DNA of 64,000 bases from Candidatus Dojkabacteria bacterium (GCA_016182915.1 JACPFP010000002.1:27188-91187); one strand, 5' to 3'; numbered from the stretch's first letter, positions 1-10,351 are shown. Numbers and translations: made by a program. Notes: a model not told the origin generated them from the sequence alone.

Positions 1-248
1 TATACAAAAATAGTCAACAAAGCAAGAAAAATAATACTTAGAATTGGGACTACAAGATCAGAAGCTCTAAAATGCTTCACATCCTGCTGTAACTGCTTCA
101 ATTCTGAAATAACTCCTGACCTCTGTTTTCTTTCTGCTATAGACTGTCCTGGGCCGTTAGTTGACATTGTAGAAGGGGATGGAGGAGTGTCAACGGATGG
201 CTTTGTAGATTCAACAACAGTCTGTGGTTTCGCAATTGGCTCTTCCAT
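1..248 (-). CDS. PilO-like type IV pilus assembly protein (partial, runs off the window start)
   Basis: Manual translation of the minus strand from the ATG at 248..246 gives MEEPIAKPQTV...SDLVVPILSIIFLALLTIFV. This is a cytoplasmic N-terminus followed by a single TM helix. It lies directly downstream of pilM-pilN. It is absent from the ORF track because no stop falls inside the window. Confidence 0.3.
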   Translation of the reverse strand, partial: MEEPIAKPQTVVESTKPSVDTPPSPSTMSTNGPGQSIAERKQRSGVISELKQLQQDVKHFRASDLVVPILSIIFLALLTIFV

Positions 249-282
249 ACTCTTTTGTGTTTCGACTTTATTATTTTCCAAG

Positions 283-876
283 TTATCTTGAGAATTCTTC
301 AAAACTTAATTTACCTTCAAAATTAAACCTTACAAGGGTTTCCTCTTTTACAACATTCTTCAGTTCCAAACTCTCTATTCTTTTATCATTACCAAGTAGA
401 TACCAAAGCTTTGAAACGTCCTTAAGGGTCTTTGAGGTTCCTGATACTTCAAAATTCATCCCTTGAGCTAGTATAATACTACTTATTGTTCCAAGATCCT
501 TTGAAACATCCTGCCAGTAGTCAATAACCTCATTTGCAGAATATGTACTCTGCTCGATATTTTGATACAATTTTATTCTCCTCAGTATTTCATCATTCGA
601 AGTGATAATCTCTCCTCTGGATCTAACGTCCTGTTCCAAAGCAAAAAGTTCTTTCTTCCTTTCATTCAAATCAAGTTTAGAGAAGAGGTTGAACCCAACA
701 ATACCTATAGAAAGAAGAAATAGGAAAAGTAGAGCCAGGGCTGCACTCATATTCACTCCAACCTTTCTTGTCTCAATATGTTTTTCCTCTTCTGTCTGCG
801 GTGGGATGAGGTTTATTGAGGTTCCCGTAACAATATTTTCTGCAATTTTCTTTTTAACTTTCTCCTGTTTATTCAT
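283..876 (-). CDS. pilN: type IV pilus assembly protein PilN
   Basis: 197 aa with the N-terminal INLIP motif (matching the PilN INLLP motif). It has a single TM helix and then a coiled-coil region. Its start overlaps the pilM stop by 8 bp. Confidence 0.6.
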   Translation of the reverse strand: MNKQEKVKKKIAENIVTGTSINLIPPQTEEEKHIETRKVGVNMSAALALLFLFLLSIGIVGFNLFSKLDLNERKKELFALEQDVRSRGEIITSNDEILRRIKLYQNIEQSTYSANEVIDYWQDVSKDLGTISSIILAQGMNFEVSGTSKTLKDVSKLWYLLGNDKRIESLELKNVVKEETLVRFNFEGKLSFEEFSR

Positions 877-1900
877 CTTTTAGTGATAGTCCAATGGCAA
901 CTGAATATGATGATGCGCTTTTTGTCACAATATTTCTGAACTTATCCGGAACGATTATATTCTTCCATGGATCTGAAAGTATTGCGCTTACACCGAGATT
1001 TTTGGATATATAGTCTGCTAATCCAGGGAGAAGTGCACCATCACCGCTTAAAAGTACATTACTTGGTGAAGCGGCAAGGGTTTTATTCTTATAGAATTCA
1101 ATACCTCTTCGAACTTCATTAAGGATTGCATCAAGAATAGGGGAGAGGGTTGTGAACATTTTTCCTTCTAATATCCCTTCCACAACACCATAATTCCGTT
1201 TATATTCCTCTGCCTGTTGATATTCAAAATTGAACTTATTAACAACCGCCTGAGTCAAGGAATCTGATCCTATTGCAATACTTTGAGAAAATACGAGTTG
1301 CCCATCTAACATAATACTCATATCTGTGCTTGTAGCTCCGAAATCGAGCATTACAACATGTTTCATTCCAGAAGACTTGAACATTGCTCTTCCCATAGCT
1401 ACAGACTCTGTTTCTATAGCAATCGGTTGAAGACCTGCTTTCTCTGCTACGTTGAGGTATGTCTGAATGACTTTCTTTGGTGCTGCAACAAGAAGAACCT
1501 TGAATGCGTTTTTCTCTTGATTAAAACCAAGAGGAACGTAACTCATCTGTACCTCATCTATGGGCATAGGGATATATTCTTTTGCCTGATAGTATACCGC
1601 ATTCTCCAATTCATCCTCTTTAACCCCAGGAAACTCTAGGAATCTTGTAAATACAGAAGACTCAGGAAGAGCCATAACAACGAGTTTATTTCTAATCTTT
1701 GCAGTTGAGAAAAGGGTTTTTACAGCATCAGCTAACTGATTTTGATGCATATCATCTTCACTATTTATCACTCCATGAGGGGTTCTCTGACTTCCAAAGT
1801 TTACTAGTTCAATAGTTGCGGTTCCAACTCCTTTTAACTCTACAGCTTTAACAGAGTGATTTCCAAAATCAATACCCACATGATCAGGCAGTTTCGACAT
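869..1900 (-). CDS. pilM: type IV pilus assembly ATPase-like protein PilM (actin-like)
   Basis: 343 aa. The N-terminal VGIDFGNHSVKAVEL matches the actin/FtsA-fold phosphate-1 motif of PilM. PilM-typical length, followed by pilN. Confidence 0.8.
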   Translation of the reverse strand: MSKLPDHVGIDFGNHSVKAVELKGVGTATIELVNFGSQRTPHGVINSEDDMHQNQLADAVKTLFSTAKIRNKLVVMALPESSVFTRFLEFPGVKEDELENAVYYQAKEYIPMPIDEVQMSYVPLGFNQEKNAFKVLLVAAPKKVIQTYLNVAEKAGLQPIAIETESVAMGRAMFKSSGMKHVVMLDFGATSTDMSIMLDGQLVFSQSIAIGSDSLTQAVVNKFNFEYQQAEEYKRNYGVVEGILEGKMFTTLSPILDAILNEVRRGIEFYKNKTLAASPSNVLLSGDGALLPGLADYISKNLGVSAILSDPWKNIIVPDKFRNIVTKSASSYSVAIGLSLKDE

Positions 1901-1993
1901 ACTAATCAGTAACTAAATTTAGGCAGTTTGTACACATTAATTAATAACAGGGAATGGATTTTATGTCAAACAGATTGAGACAAAACTTCTTTA

Positions 1994-4471
1994 CTATAGA
2001 GGTTTAAACCCAACCTCACTCTTATACCCCTCCACATTACCTCCAAAAAAGAGTGCACCGAAGTTAACATATCTATTATCAAAGTGGATCGCAGCAGAAG
2101 GGAATGAGTTTGCATCCATAAGAGTTAAGCTTCTATCAAGAACCACTGAACGACTACCTTCATTGTTAAAGCCGATAAGACTACCGACTATCTTAAGACC
2201 ATCTTTTGGTTCGAGGCCAGAATCTCCAGAATCTAACGTTATTATCCCATCTGAAATTACAAAGGAGTTTACGATATCGTACTTAGGATATGTAGCTCCA
2301 GCAGATTTATAGGACCCAGCTGTAATGTTAACATTACCTTTATTTACAAACATACATCCGTATCTTGAACTACTCGCAGTTAGATCTGGATGAATTGTTG
2401 TAGTACCAGTAACGAGGAAAAGTGTTCTTGCGTCGCAAACAAAACCAATATTTGCAACAAGATTTCCTGCGACTTCAACAATACAGTTGTTAGCTGCAGT
2501 ACATGTATTTGTTCCATCAGTAATACTTGTGGATCGAGAATCAGTTGGAAGAGTTAGATCCCCTGTTATAGTTACTTTCGAGAATGTAGTAGGGGACTTA
2601 TCCATTTGTTTCTGTGCTCTTTCAGAAAGAGAATCAAACCAATATCCTACTTTATTATTTGAATCGGCTTTATTTAAGATTCTTCCTGACTTAATCTGAG
2701 TTGCCCTTATTAATTCATTTAGAAGATTTGAACCTGAAGCAAGCACTTCAGTTGACAGTTCAGCATCGTATTTATAGAAAGCAAACGGTAGACTCCAATA
2801 GGTATCATTGGATAATCTTTCTGTCTGAGAAGTATAGGCAAGATCTTGCATGGTGAAAGCACTCCCTCCCTTTGAATATGCAACTCCAGCCTTAGTTATC
2901 AACCAAGGTTCTCCCAATGGGAGAATAACAGAGCTACGAGTAGCGTTACATGCCTTATCGAAAGCATAAAGGAAGAAGTTGAGGGATCCCCCTTCATTAA
3001 GTTTAACATCTATTCTTTGACTACGACTTGTTCTTGAACTATCTACCCACAGATTTGGTGTACCAGTGAAGACATTAGGCCCATTACCTCCGGAGCCAAG
3101 AACATAATCAATAGTTTGAGGACTAGTAAGGTTACTTATTGGTCCATTAACTTTCCCTGCTCTATCAATTGCAGCATTACCAATTACCTTAATGAGACTA
3201 TTACCTCCTGTATCTGGGTCGGTATCTGTAAAGGCCCATGCCAAATCAACCTTAGTTCCTCCAACGTAACTAAAACTCAGACTATCATTAGTAGGTGCTG
3301 TTAAATCCAAAACTACTGATTTAGTAGAAGGAGTCCATATTATATCCGCAGTACCATATCTTCCGGCACCATGAATATTATATTTTCCGCTTAATGCAGT
3401 TTCATACCCGCTAATTCCAGATTCATTGTTATAAAAGGAGATATCAAATGTAAATGTAGTATTTGTTCCTCCTACCGTGACAGAGACATTACTTATACTT
3501 GCAAGACTTCTTCCATTTCTTCCTTTAATTATTCCTCTTTGACCTGTTCCAATAGTTCCGATTTTTACCCATGATTGAATATCTGAACCTGCTGTAGTGC
3601 TTCCTGAAGTATATTTACTTGGAGCATATATATCACTCCATACTCCGGCAACTTTCTTAACGACAATCCCAAACTTATTATTTGCGACTAAGGCCTGTGA
3701 AGCCGTGGAATTAAAAGCACTAATTGTTGTTGGACTATTTCCAAACCATACCCTTACATCATTAAGGTTATTGCCGGAAAAAGTATTAGGAGTAGCGGCA
3801 CTTACCCTTACAGTATTATTCGCAGTTTTACCTACATAGCCTGATGTAACTGTGCAACCAAGTGCACTGGTACTATTGATAAGAGAGTAGTTGATAGTTA
3901 CAGGAGGAATAACAGGAATGCATCTATAGGTTGTCAAAGTCCATCCATTGCAAACATACGAAGGTTCCTCACATTCCTGACGACAAACATAACTTCCTCC
4001 CTTTTTATAACCACACACCTCCTCACAACCTCCTGGGAACTCTTTCTCGGAACAACAACTACCCTTTACCTGAGCATTACCACCACTTCCACAATCATTG
4101 TAAAGTCCCTTACTTACACATGCAGAGGAAGCGACTTGATTACTTCGGACCGTACCTGGAGGGCAATTCACCCTATATGGGTCGCAATCCGTTGGTGGAG
4201 GGTCATTCTCCACAGGAGTCCCACTCCCTATATCACAACAACCTCTATTACATCTGTAAGTACCTGGACCACATGTTCCTCCTCCAGAGCCATCAGAACA
4301 GTGACATGTTTGAGTAGTATTTCCATTATCATCTGTAGTAAATTCACATATGTACTCAGTTGCACCTCCGCAAACCCCAGAGCCATAGCCCGCAAAAAGC
4401 AATCTCCCACTGAAGAGACTTAGCAAAAAAGTAATAAAAACTACAATTGTAAAAACTATTTTCCTATACAT
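1994..4471 (-). CDS. large secreted Cys-rich protein with an S/T/N/G-rich beta-type region; candidate pilus-associated adhesin
   Basis: 825 aa with an N-terminal signal peptide. About 40 Cys fall in the first ~190 aa after the signal. A long low-complexity T/S/N/G-rich region follows. There is no C-terminal anchor. It sits inside the T4P gene cluster. Confidence 0.55.
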   Translation of the reverse strand: MYRKIVFTIVVFITFLLSLFSGRLLFAGYGSGVCGGATEYICEFTTDDNGNTTQTCHCSDGSGGGTCGPGTYRCNRGCCDIGSGTPVENDPPPTDCDPYRVNCPPGTVRSNQVASSACVSKGLYNDCGSGGNAQVKGSCCSEKEFPGGCEEVCGYKKGGSYVCRQECEEPSYVCNGWTLTTYRCIPVIPPVTINYSLINSTSALGCTVTSGYVGKTANNTVRVSAATPNTFSGNNLNDVRVWFGNSPTTISAFNSTASQALVANNKFGIVVKKVAGVWSDIYAPSKYTSGSTTAGSDIQSWVKIGTIGTGQRGIIKGRNGRSLASISNVSVTVGGTNTTFTFDISFYNNESGISGYETALSGKYNIHGAGRYGTADIIWTPSTKSVVLDLTAPTNDSLSFSYVGGTKVDLAWAFTDTDPDTGGNSLIKVIGNAAIDRAGKVNGPISNLTSPQTIDYVLGSGGNGPNVFTGTPNLWVDSSRTSRSQRIDVKLNEGGSLNFFLYAFDKACNATRSSVILPLGEPWLITKAGVAYSKGGSAFTMQDLAYTSQTERLSNDTYWSLPFAFYKYDAELSTEVLASGSNLLNELIRATQIKSGRILNKADSNNKVGYWFDSLSERAQKQMDKSPTTFSKVTITGDLTLPTDSRSTSITDGTNTCTAANNCIVEVAGNLVANIGFVCDARTLFLVTGTTTIHPDLTASSSRYGCMFVNKGNVNITAGSYKSAGATYPKYDIVNSFVISDGIITLDSGDSGLEPKDGLKIVGSLIGFNNEGSRSVVLDRSLTLMDANSFPSAAIHFDNRYVNFGALFFGGNVEGYKSEVGFKPL

Positions 4472-5037
4472 ACAAGATGTGGTTTAAAAGGTAAATAAGA
4501 ATTAAAATCATTCGATTTTGCCTCACGAATGATATCAAATCCGGATTTTGAATCTTTTATCTCAATAGCAATATAATCCCCAATCATCACTTCTTTACTC
4601 CATAGGGAAATATCTTCGTAAATATCTCTTTTTATATGAAATGGACCTCCAAGATTAGCGACTTCGAGATTCTCATCTGTACAGAATCGGAAATATGAGT
4701 AAGTAGTTCCTTTTTCTCCAACAAAGTATCTAAGCCCCTCTTTACCCCATATTGCAATACCACCTTGTTTATTTCTATTTATATATGCAATTGTACCCCC
4801 ATATTGACGATACTTTCCTTTAATATCTAATGTATAAAATTCTCTTCGAGCGGAGCCTCTAATATCGCGGCTAAGGTTCTCAATATTTTTATTCGCCTCT
4901 ATAAATTCCTTTAAACCAAAGTTAAAGTATAAAAGTAAGTAAACGAGGCCACAAATACAAGCAACAACTGGAATCATAATCAGTAGTAATCGAAAGACTC
5001 TATTCTTCATATTGAAATCGTACCAAAGCAATTTCAA
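4456..5037 (-). CDS. hypothetical membrane-anchored protein in the T4P locus
   Basis: 193 aa with an N-terminal TM helix (LLLIMIPVVACICGLVYLLLYF). Its end overlaps the downstream Cys-rich gene by 16 bp, which suggests translational coupling. Confidence 0.5.
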   Translation of the reverse strand: MKLLWYDFNMKNRVFRLLLIMIPVVACICGLVYLLLYFNFGLKEFIEANKNIENLSRDIRGSARREFYTLDIKGKYRQYGGTIAYINRNKQGGIAIWGKEGLRYFVGEKGTTYSYFRFCTDENLEVANLGGPFHIKRDIYEDISLWSKEVMIGDYIAIEIKDSKSGFDIIREAKSNDFNSYLPFKPHLVCIGK

Positions 5038-5081
5038 TTTGTCTATGGACTATAGTAATTTGAAATGCTTTGACGAATGGC

Positions 5082-6875
5082 TTACTGCGAGGCTGGCCTT
5101 AAAATTTCGAGGGAAGCGACTCTATTCCGAAGCAATCTCGGATTGCCTTTGACTAGTGATTCCATAGCGGCCTGAGTGTCTCCACTACCATATTCCCCTC
5201 CATATATACGTGCAATAAATGGAATCTCTAATTTAGATGAAAGGGCGCGCGTAGTGATGCCAAAGTATGGAGCTGCCATATGCCTATTTAAAAGGTCAAA
5301 AGCCGGAGAATCATACCCAGCAGTTTTTTGCCCTGGATTATCAAGCCTAGATCTTACATTAACACCTAATACACAAATATTCTTCTCAATGTTCTCAGGG
5401 TCAGCAGGATCCGGGAATATAATAGGGATTACAATATATTCAAGGCCATTTCTATCAATTAGTTGTGCCGCTGTAAACTTCCAAAACCACCCATGTGTTG
5501 AACCATCATCATTAGGTGTAGACATTAGACTCTTGTCCGTTGTTTTTATGAAATCGCCAAAAAACCTCCAAGGGACATTCTCATATTCACCTTTCTTGAA
5601 TTGATGTGGGTAGTTTTCTAATACAAACTTACAATAGCTTCCATTTAAAATATCCTGCTCAGACAAAACCTGATTACGATAGCTTTCCAAAGGAGTTTTC
5701 TGAAAATCCTTATCCGGAATCTTTTCCCATGAATTTGTCTCGTAATTATAAACATGGTCAAGTATAACAAGGCCGAACCGATCAACATACCACTGGTCAG
5801 CAGATAGAGTTTGCTTCTCTCCTGTCGCAGAGTTAACAAGAATTGAAAGACTACCATCATTTTGGGCCATCGCCCCTTCAATTGGATACTCAACTCCATT
5901 TACAACGTTATAGAAAGTACCGTCTGGTTTTACAAGAACAGCCCCACCAGAAAGCTCAGCAAATTGTTTTGCCAAATTCTCTATTCCATTAGGTGGAATA
6001 GGGGTAAAGGTAACCGTTGGAGGAACAGGCGTCTTAAGAATTGGAGGATCATCATTTCCTCCACCACTTCCAATCTGTGGCTGATTACCCTCAACCTGTT
6101 CTGTAACTTGTGGCTGATTATTACTTGACGTACTACCAAATATATTACTCCTTAACTTATCATTAGAGCTTAATACCAACCCGGCAACAATAGATAGTAC
6201 AAGAAGACCAAATGCAAATTTCATAGAAGGGGGTAGCCCTTTACTTCCACCCTTTGACTCAATACCACTACTTTTAAGCGTAGCACTATCCGTAATAAGG
6301 ACGGCTATAAAATTTTCAAGCATCTCATCTGTTATTGTCTTCCCTTTATCCCAAACTCCATCTCTGCCTAACTGTCCGAAAGAGAATTGCTTCAAAAGAC
6401 CGTTACCATTAACCAATGGTAAATCCCAATTTTTAGCACGCTCTTCCATAAAACCCAAAACACTTGCATACGCATCCAAAAGCATAGCCTCTTGTGTTTC
6501 ATTAGATAACTTTGCAACTAGATCTCTTGAGGGAAGGGTAGTAGTATTGTTATCACCAAATTCACTATTTCTTTCTACAATCAAGCGATGTAGCCTAGAG
6601 ACATCGTGAGCAACCTGCGAAAGGCTTTCATCATTAAAATTTTCAACAGGAAAGCCACTTAGAGACATTGCTTCAATAACAGCAGTTTCATCCCAAATTT
6701 GATTAGAATCTCCACTCTGGAAATTTAGTTCACCGTATAGAAGTTGACGAAAAGTCTGAACTGAACGTAAGTTCTCTTGTGTAGAAGAGTTCTCTGGAAA
6801 AGAAGTTTCGGTATTTTGAGGTGGAAAAGTGATAGCCATGTCTGAATTACTTCCTATTACTAAGCCTGTTGCCAT
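5082..6875 (-). CDS. hypothetical bitopic membrane protein in the T4P locus
   Basis: 597 aa with an ATG start. A single central TM helix (FAFGLLVLSIVAGLVLSS) separates a ~215-aa cytoplasmic part from a ~360-aa external part. No recognisable family. Confidence 0.55.
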   Translation of the reverse strand: MATGLVIGSNSDMAITFPPQNTETSFPENSSTQENLRSVQTFRQLLYGELNFQSGDSNQIWDETAVIEAMSLSGFPVENFNDESLSQVAHDVSRLHRLIVERNSEFGDNNTTTLPSRDLVAKLSNETQEAMLLDAYASVLGFMEERAKNWDLPLVNGNGLLKQFSFGQLGRDGVWDKGKTITDEMLENFIAVLITDSATLKSSGIESKGGSKGLPPSMKFAFGLLVLSIVAGLVLSSNDKLRSNIFGSTSSNNQPQVTEQVEGNQPQIGSGGGNDDPPILKTPVPPTVTFTPIPPNGIENLAKQFAELSGGAVLVKPDGTFYNVVNGVEYPIEGAMAQNDGSLSILVNSATGEKQTLSADQWYVDRFGLVILDHVYNYETNSWEKIPDKDFQKTPLESYRNQVLSEQDILNGSYCKFVLENYPHQFKKGEYENVPWRFFGDFIKTTDKSLMSTPNDDGSTHGWFWKFTAAQLIDRNGLEYIVIPIIFPDPADPENIEKNICVLGVNVRSRLDNPGQKTAGYDSPAFDLLNRHMAAPYFGITTRALSSKLEIPFIARIYGGEYGSGDTQAAMESLVKGNPRLLRNRVASLEILRPASQ

Positions 6876-6960
6876 TTATTAACAACAAACAATTTATAGA
6901 CACATTATACATCTTAAATATATATACTTCAACCTATAGCGCTGAAATCCCATGTTAATA

Positions 6961-7359
6961 CTATTTATCACTCCCCAATATTTTTTTAATTTCTCCAACC
7001 AAATCTGAATACTCTAATTCTGATTTAATGAGGTATGAAACAGCCCCCAATTCAAATGCCTCTTTAATTACCTTCTCGCTAGTCATATTTGTAAGGACAA
7101 TGATAGGGACTTCACCATACCCTTCCTTATCGTTATGGATTGTCCTTAGAACCTCTAATCCATCCATACCAGGCATCATAAGGTCAAGAAGAACAATATC
7201 AATGTCATTATGATTTTTTTTCAGTACCTCAAGCCCTTTATATCCATCAATACACTTTATAGGGGTAAGTCCTTCATTCGTAAGGACTTCAGAATATGAA
7301 TCTAAAAGGGCAATCTCATCTTCAATAATTAAAACATTCTTTTTAATTCTCTCACTCAT
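6961..7359 (-). CDS. single-domain response regulator (CheY-like receiver, PilH/PilG-like)
   Basis: 132 aa. The acidic pocket IIEDE is present. The phospho-acceptor motif LLDLMMPGMDG is present. The conserved T/K region LTNMTSEK is present. Confidence 0.85.
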   Translation of the reverse strand: MSERIKKNVLIIEDEIALLDSYSEVLTNEGLTPIKCIDGYKGLEVLKKNHNDIDIVLLDLMMPGMDGLEVLRTIHNDKEGYGEVPIIVLTNMTSEKVIKEAFELGAVSYLIKSELEYSDLVGEIKKILGSDK

Positions 7360-7379
7360 AACGGGTTTAAAATATTTAA

Positions 7380-8336
7380 CTAATCACTCCCCAAAACACC
7401 ATTACCATTAAAGAGGACATAATCAAAGAGAGATAGAGCGGATTCCTGCTGAGGAATCTGAACTTCCTTTGCTCTATATGTACCAGTACAGTTAGCTCCA
7501 GTAGTTATTTTCACCATTTCCCAATCTTCTAAACAAGTTGGACTTGAAACAGAAGTTTTAATGGCAACCGTCCCACCAATCGACCTAACCCTAATTTCAT
7601 CAAGATTGTATACAAGACCCCCATAGGTTTTTGTAGTTAGTGGAACGGACAAGGTAGATCCGCTCTGTAATGGAGTCCACGTACCATCTACATTATCGTT
7701 GTCAACACAGTTTGAACCAAGGATGTGTACACAGTACTGTTGTAAATCATCATACTCATATGCCTTATACTCTCCAGGAATTCCACTCGAGTATGAACGA
7801 GCATACACTCTAGAAACTGCTACATTCCCAAAACTAGATCCTCGGGGCTCAAATTTAAAATTCATCGTACAACCCGCAGCAGGGGACTGTCCCCTTACAA
7901 CCACCGATCTAACACCTTCGGACGGGAGTTCAAGTTCGTCCTCCGGCCCTGCAAGTTTAGCTGTAAGTTCAACGGTTGAGTTATCACCCTTACACTCATC
8001 AAAGACATTTAAGGTTTCATTATCAACACCTGCTGTATCTAGGAACTGTTTAACAGCACTCACTCCCTTAACACTACATCCATTGGTACTCTTCATTCCT
8101 TCACCATATTCCGGGTTTGTACAAACATTCTCAATCGTTGCAACGGTTGTACCCTTTAGTGTATCCAACATAGAGTCTGCGAATTCCAAGGCCTCCGCAG
8201 AAGACTTCTCACTTGCAATCTGCTGTGTATCTTTAAGGGTTCGAGAAAGCATTGCCATCCCAAGAATGGCAGAGATAACGAGGACTATCATTACAATTGC
8301 TAATGCTTGACCTCTATATACCTTTATTTTTTTCAT
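7380..8336 (-). CDS. PilX-like minor pilin / pilus assembly protein
   Basis: 318 aa. The N-terminal hydrophobic segment RGQALAIVMIVLVISAILGMAML resembles the PilX_N pseudopilin-type helix without Glu+5. It is contiguous with the minor pilin genes. Confidence 0.45.
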   Translation of the reverse strand: MKKIKVYRGQALAIVMIVLVISAILGMAMLSRTLKDTQQIASEKSSAEALEFADSMLDTLKGTTVATIENVCTNPEYGEGMKSTNGCSVKGVSAVKQFLDTAGVDNETLNVFDECKGDNSTVELTAKLAGPEDELELPSEGVRSVVVRGQSPAAGCTMNFKFEPRGSSFGNVAVSRVYARSYSSGIPGEYKAYEYDDLQQYCVHILGSNCVDNDNVDGTWTPLQSGSTLSVPLTTKTYGGLVYNLDEIRVRSIGGTVAIKTSVSSPTCLEDWEMVKITTGANCTGTYRAKEVQIPQQESALSLFDYVLFNGNGVLGSD

Positions 8337-8372
8337 TTTGAAAAGTATTAATATATAAAATAAGGTAACAGA

Positions 8373-9071
8373 TTAATTCTCCCAGGTCAATTTCTGAGTT
8401 GAAACAACTGTTTGCTTGAAGTATCCGGGTTTAATACTCCCACTATTTGCGACCCAGTGAACTGGTTCCATCTCCAAATCAATTGTAATTAAGTAGTTAC
8501 TGTCGTAGGTATTGAAAAACTGCATAGATAGAGAGTTAACATCCACATCTTCAGAGTTCAGAACAAGAGTATTAATAGTATAGAAGGAAGATTGCCCATT
8601 GAAGCACTCTGACGCAACCTCTAAATCCTGTCTTATCGACTTTAGTATATACCCTCTCTCCGGATCCTCAGAGTCAGGGAAGAAACCTATACATACCCAT
8701 TTATTGTATCCAACGGGTCTAAAATGGATTTCTGTACCTGTCTGATCTGATGTAATAGGGGTGTCATATCCTGCTAAACCGCTATCCACAGTTCTTTCAC
8801 TTGCTTTGTCATACATCCTACCGCTAACCTGATAAAGAAAGATTTCTTCTGCATTTGAATTTCTCACAGTCTTTCTTAGTAGCTCAAGTATAAATTCAGA
8901 TTCTTCTCTCGTTGTTGTACGTGAGGTCGAGATAATTGACGTACGAATCATTGTAGAGAGGGTAATCGAAACAAGAATCATCACAATTCCTAGGATTACC
9001 ATGGTTATTAGCATCTCAACCAAACTCACCGCATTGTACTTTTTAATCATTTTCATACTACTCCTGATCAA
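8373..9071 (-). CDS. type IV minor pilin (prepilin-type N-terminus)
   Basis: 232 aa. The class III signal is KKYNA|VSLVEMLITMVILGIV. Glu sits at +5 relative to the putative A|V cleavage. Confidence 0.6.
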   Translation of the reverse strand: MIRSSMKMIKKYNAVSLVEMLITMVILGIVMILVSITLSTMIRTSIISTSRTTTREESEFILELLRKTVRNSNAEEIFLYQVSGRMYDKASERTVDSGLAGYDTPITSDQTGTEIHFRPVGYNKWVCIGFFPDSEDPERGYILKSIRQDLEVASECFNGQSSFYTINTLVLNSEDVDVNSLSMQFFNTYDSNYLITIDLEMEPVHWVANSGSIKPGYFKQTVVSTQKLTWEN

Positions 9072-9621
9072 CTTTAACTCCTAAATAATACTGATAGTCT
9101 CTAATTTTACACTTCCCTCTGTCTGCTTCAGCCTCACAGTTTGCCATACCCGTAACAATCTTTCCAACAACTAATCCACTTGCTGGGACAGAGTCAGAAA
9201 GAATACAGAAGACCCTAAATATTTCGCTATCTTGTGAGGTATGTTCTCTACAAAGTTCTCTCTCACCTGCATCATATTTGCATGCAATCTTGAAATCAGC
9301 ACCTTCTGTTTCAAAGGAGGGATCGTTGCTATCTCCGTTAAAAGCATAACAGTTCCCCTCATTACCTGAAATTAACGGAAAGAGAGCCTCTCCTTCGGGG
9401 GATTCGTTATGATTCGCGGCTATCTTTTTAACCATAGAAGCGGCTTCTACAGACCTTTCAGTTAGATTATTCTCTATTTCATTGCGTATTAGCTGACTAG
9501 TAGTGTTAACTGCAATAGTCATAAGTACTATTGAGGCAATTCCTGCAACTGCGATTGCAATCAAGGCCTCAACAAAACCAACTGCATTGTAATTCTTTCG
9601 TTTATATCCTTTCATCTTCAA
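9058..9621 (-). CDS. type IV minor pilin (prepilin-type N-terminus)
   Basis: 187 aa. The N-terminus is KRKNYNA|VGFVEALIAIAVAG. Glu sits at +5. It overlaps its neighbours by 14 and 20 bp. Confidence 0.6.
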   Translation of the reverse strand: MKMKGYKRKNYNAVGFVEALIAIAVAGIASIVLMTIAVNTTSQLIRNEIENNLTERSVEAASMVKKIAANHNESPEGEALFPLISGNEGNCYAFNGDSNDPSFETEGADFKIACKYDAGERELCREHTSQDSEIFRVFCILSDSVPASGLVVGKIVTGMANCEAEADRGKCKIRDYQYYLGVKVDQE

Positions 9622-10351
9622 CCTTAACTTTCCCAGATATATTAAATATTGTTATTGTTTTCAATCTACTTGTATTCGGGGCCCTCACTTCGATTACAAA
9701 GTTAATAGGTGAACTAACCAATTCACCTGTGGAGCTATAGTTGACTAGATATCCGTTAATATCGTAGAAAAAAGCCTTTCCAGATACAGCTTCAAAAAGA
9801 AGATAGGCCGGGACTCCTGCAAAATGTCCTGTAACTCTGTTATCTTCAGGTAGTGTAGCCTGAAAATTACTCCCTATACTAAAGTCAATATTGTTATTTA
9901 ATCTAACTATTTCACTAACGGCAATACCTTGTTCACAGTTTTGAGAAGAATATGGGAGAGGGGAGAGACCGAGATTGCTATTTAACTGGCTCAGGTTAAA
10001 GTTTGGATCAAAATTAGGAACATTCTGCTTTGACCTAATGTCACCATAGTTATCAAATTGAGCACACCACTTAAATAGTCTGTAAGAGCCATCGTTATCT
10101 AGCTGTGTGAAATCAATACCGATACCGTACAACCATCTCTCATCATTCTTTCTCTCAAGAAACAGGGCCGCTCTCTGAGCCCCTCTAATATCCTGCTTCA
10201 TTCTATCTATATCCTGATTTAGAGAAATTGTATCTCTAAATCCATTAAAACCTGCCATACTCAATGCAGAGAGGACTATAAATATGACTAGCACAACCAG
10301 CATCTCAAGGAGGGTGAAAGCTTTATATGATTTATATTTAGGCAGTTTCAT
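9602..10351 (-). CDS. type IV pilin/pseudopilin
   Basis: 249 aa. The classic prepilin N-terminus is KSYKA|FTLLEMLVVLVIFIVL. Confidence 0.7.
   Translation of the reverse strand: MKLPKYKSYKAFTLLEMLVVLVIFIVLSALSMAGFNGFRDTISLNQDIDRMKQDIRGAQRAALFLERKNDERWLYGIGIDFTQLDNDGSYRLFKWCAQFDNYGDIRSKQNVPNFDPNFNLSQLNSNLGLSPLPYSSQNCEQGIAVSEIVRLNNNIDFSIGSNFQATLPEDNRVTGHFAGVPAYLLFEAVSGKAFFYDINGYLVNYSSTGELVSSPINFVIEVRAPNTSRLKTITIFNISGKVKVEDERI

Noticed and set aside
224-466. 80-aa plus-strand ORF spanning the pilN/pilO junction
   Set aside because: It overlaps two co-oriented minus-strand pilus genes. It is a low-complexity translation.
7699-8310. 203-aa plus-strand ORF inside the PilX-like gene
   Set aside because: It is antisense to the minus-strand pilus operon, which has overlapping or coupled neighbours. 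It is S/T/P-rich mirror-image composition.
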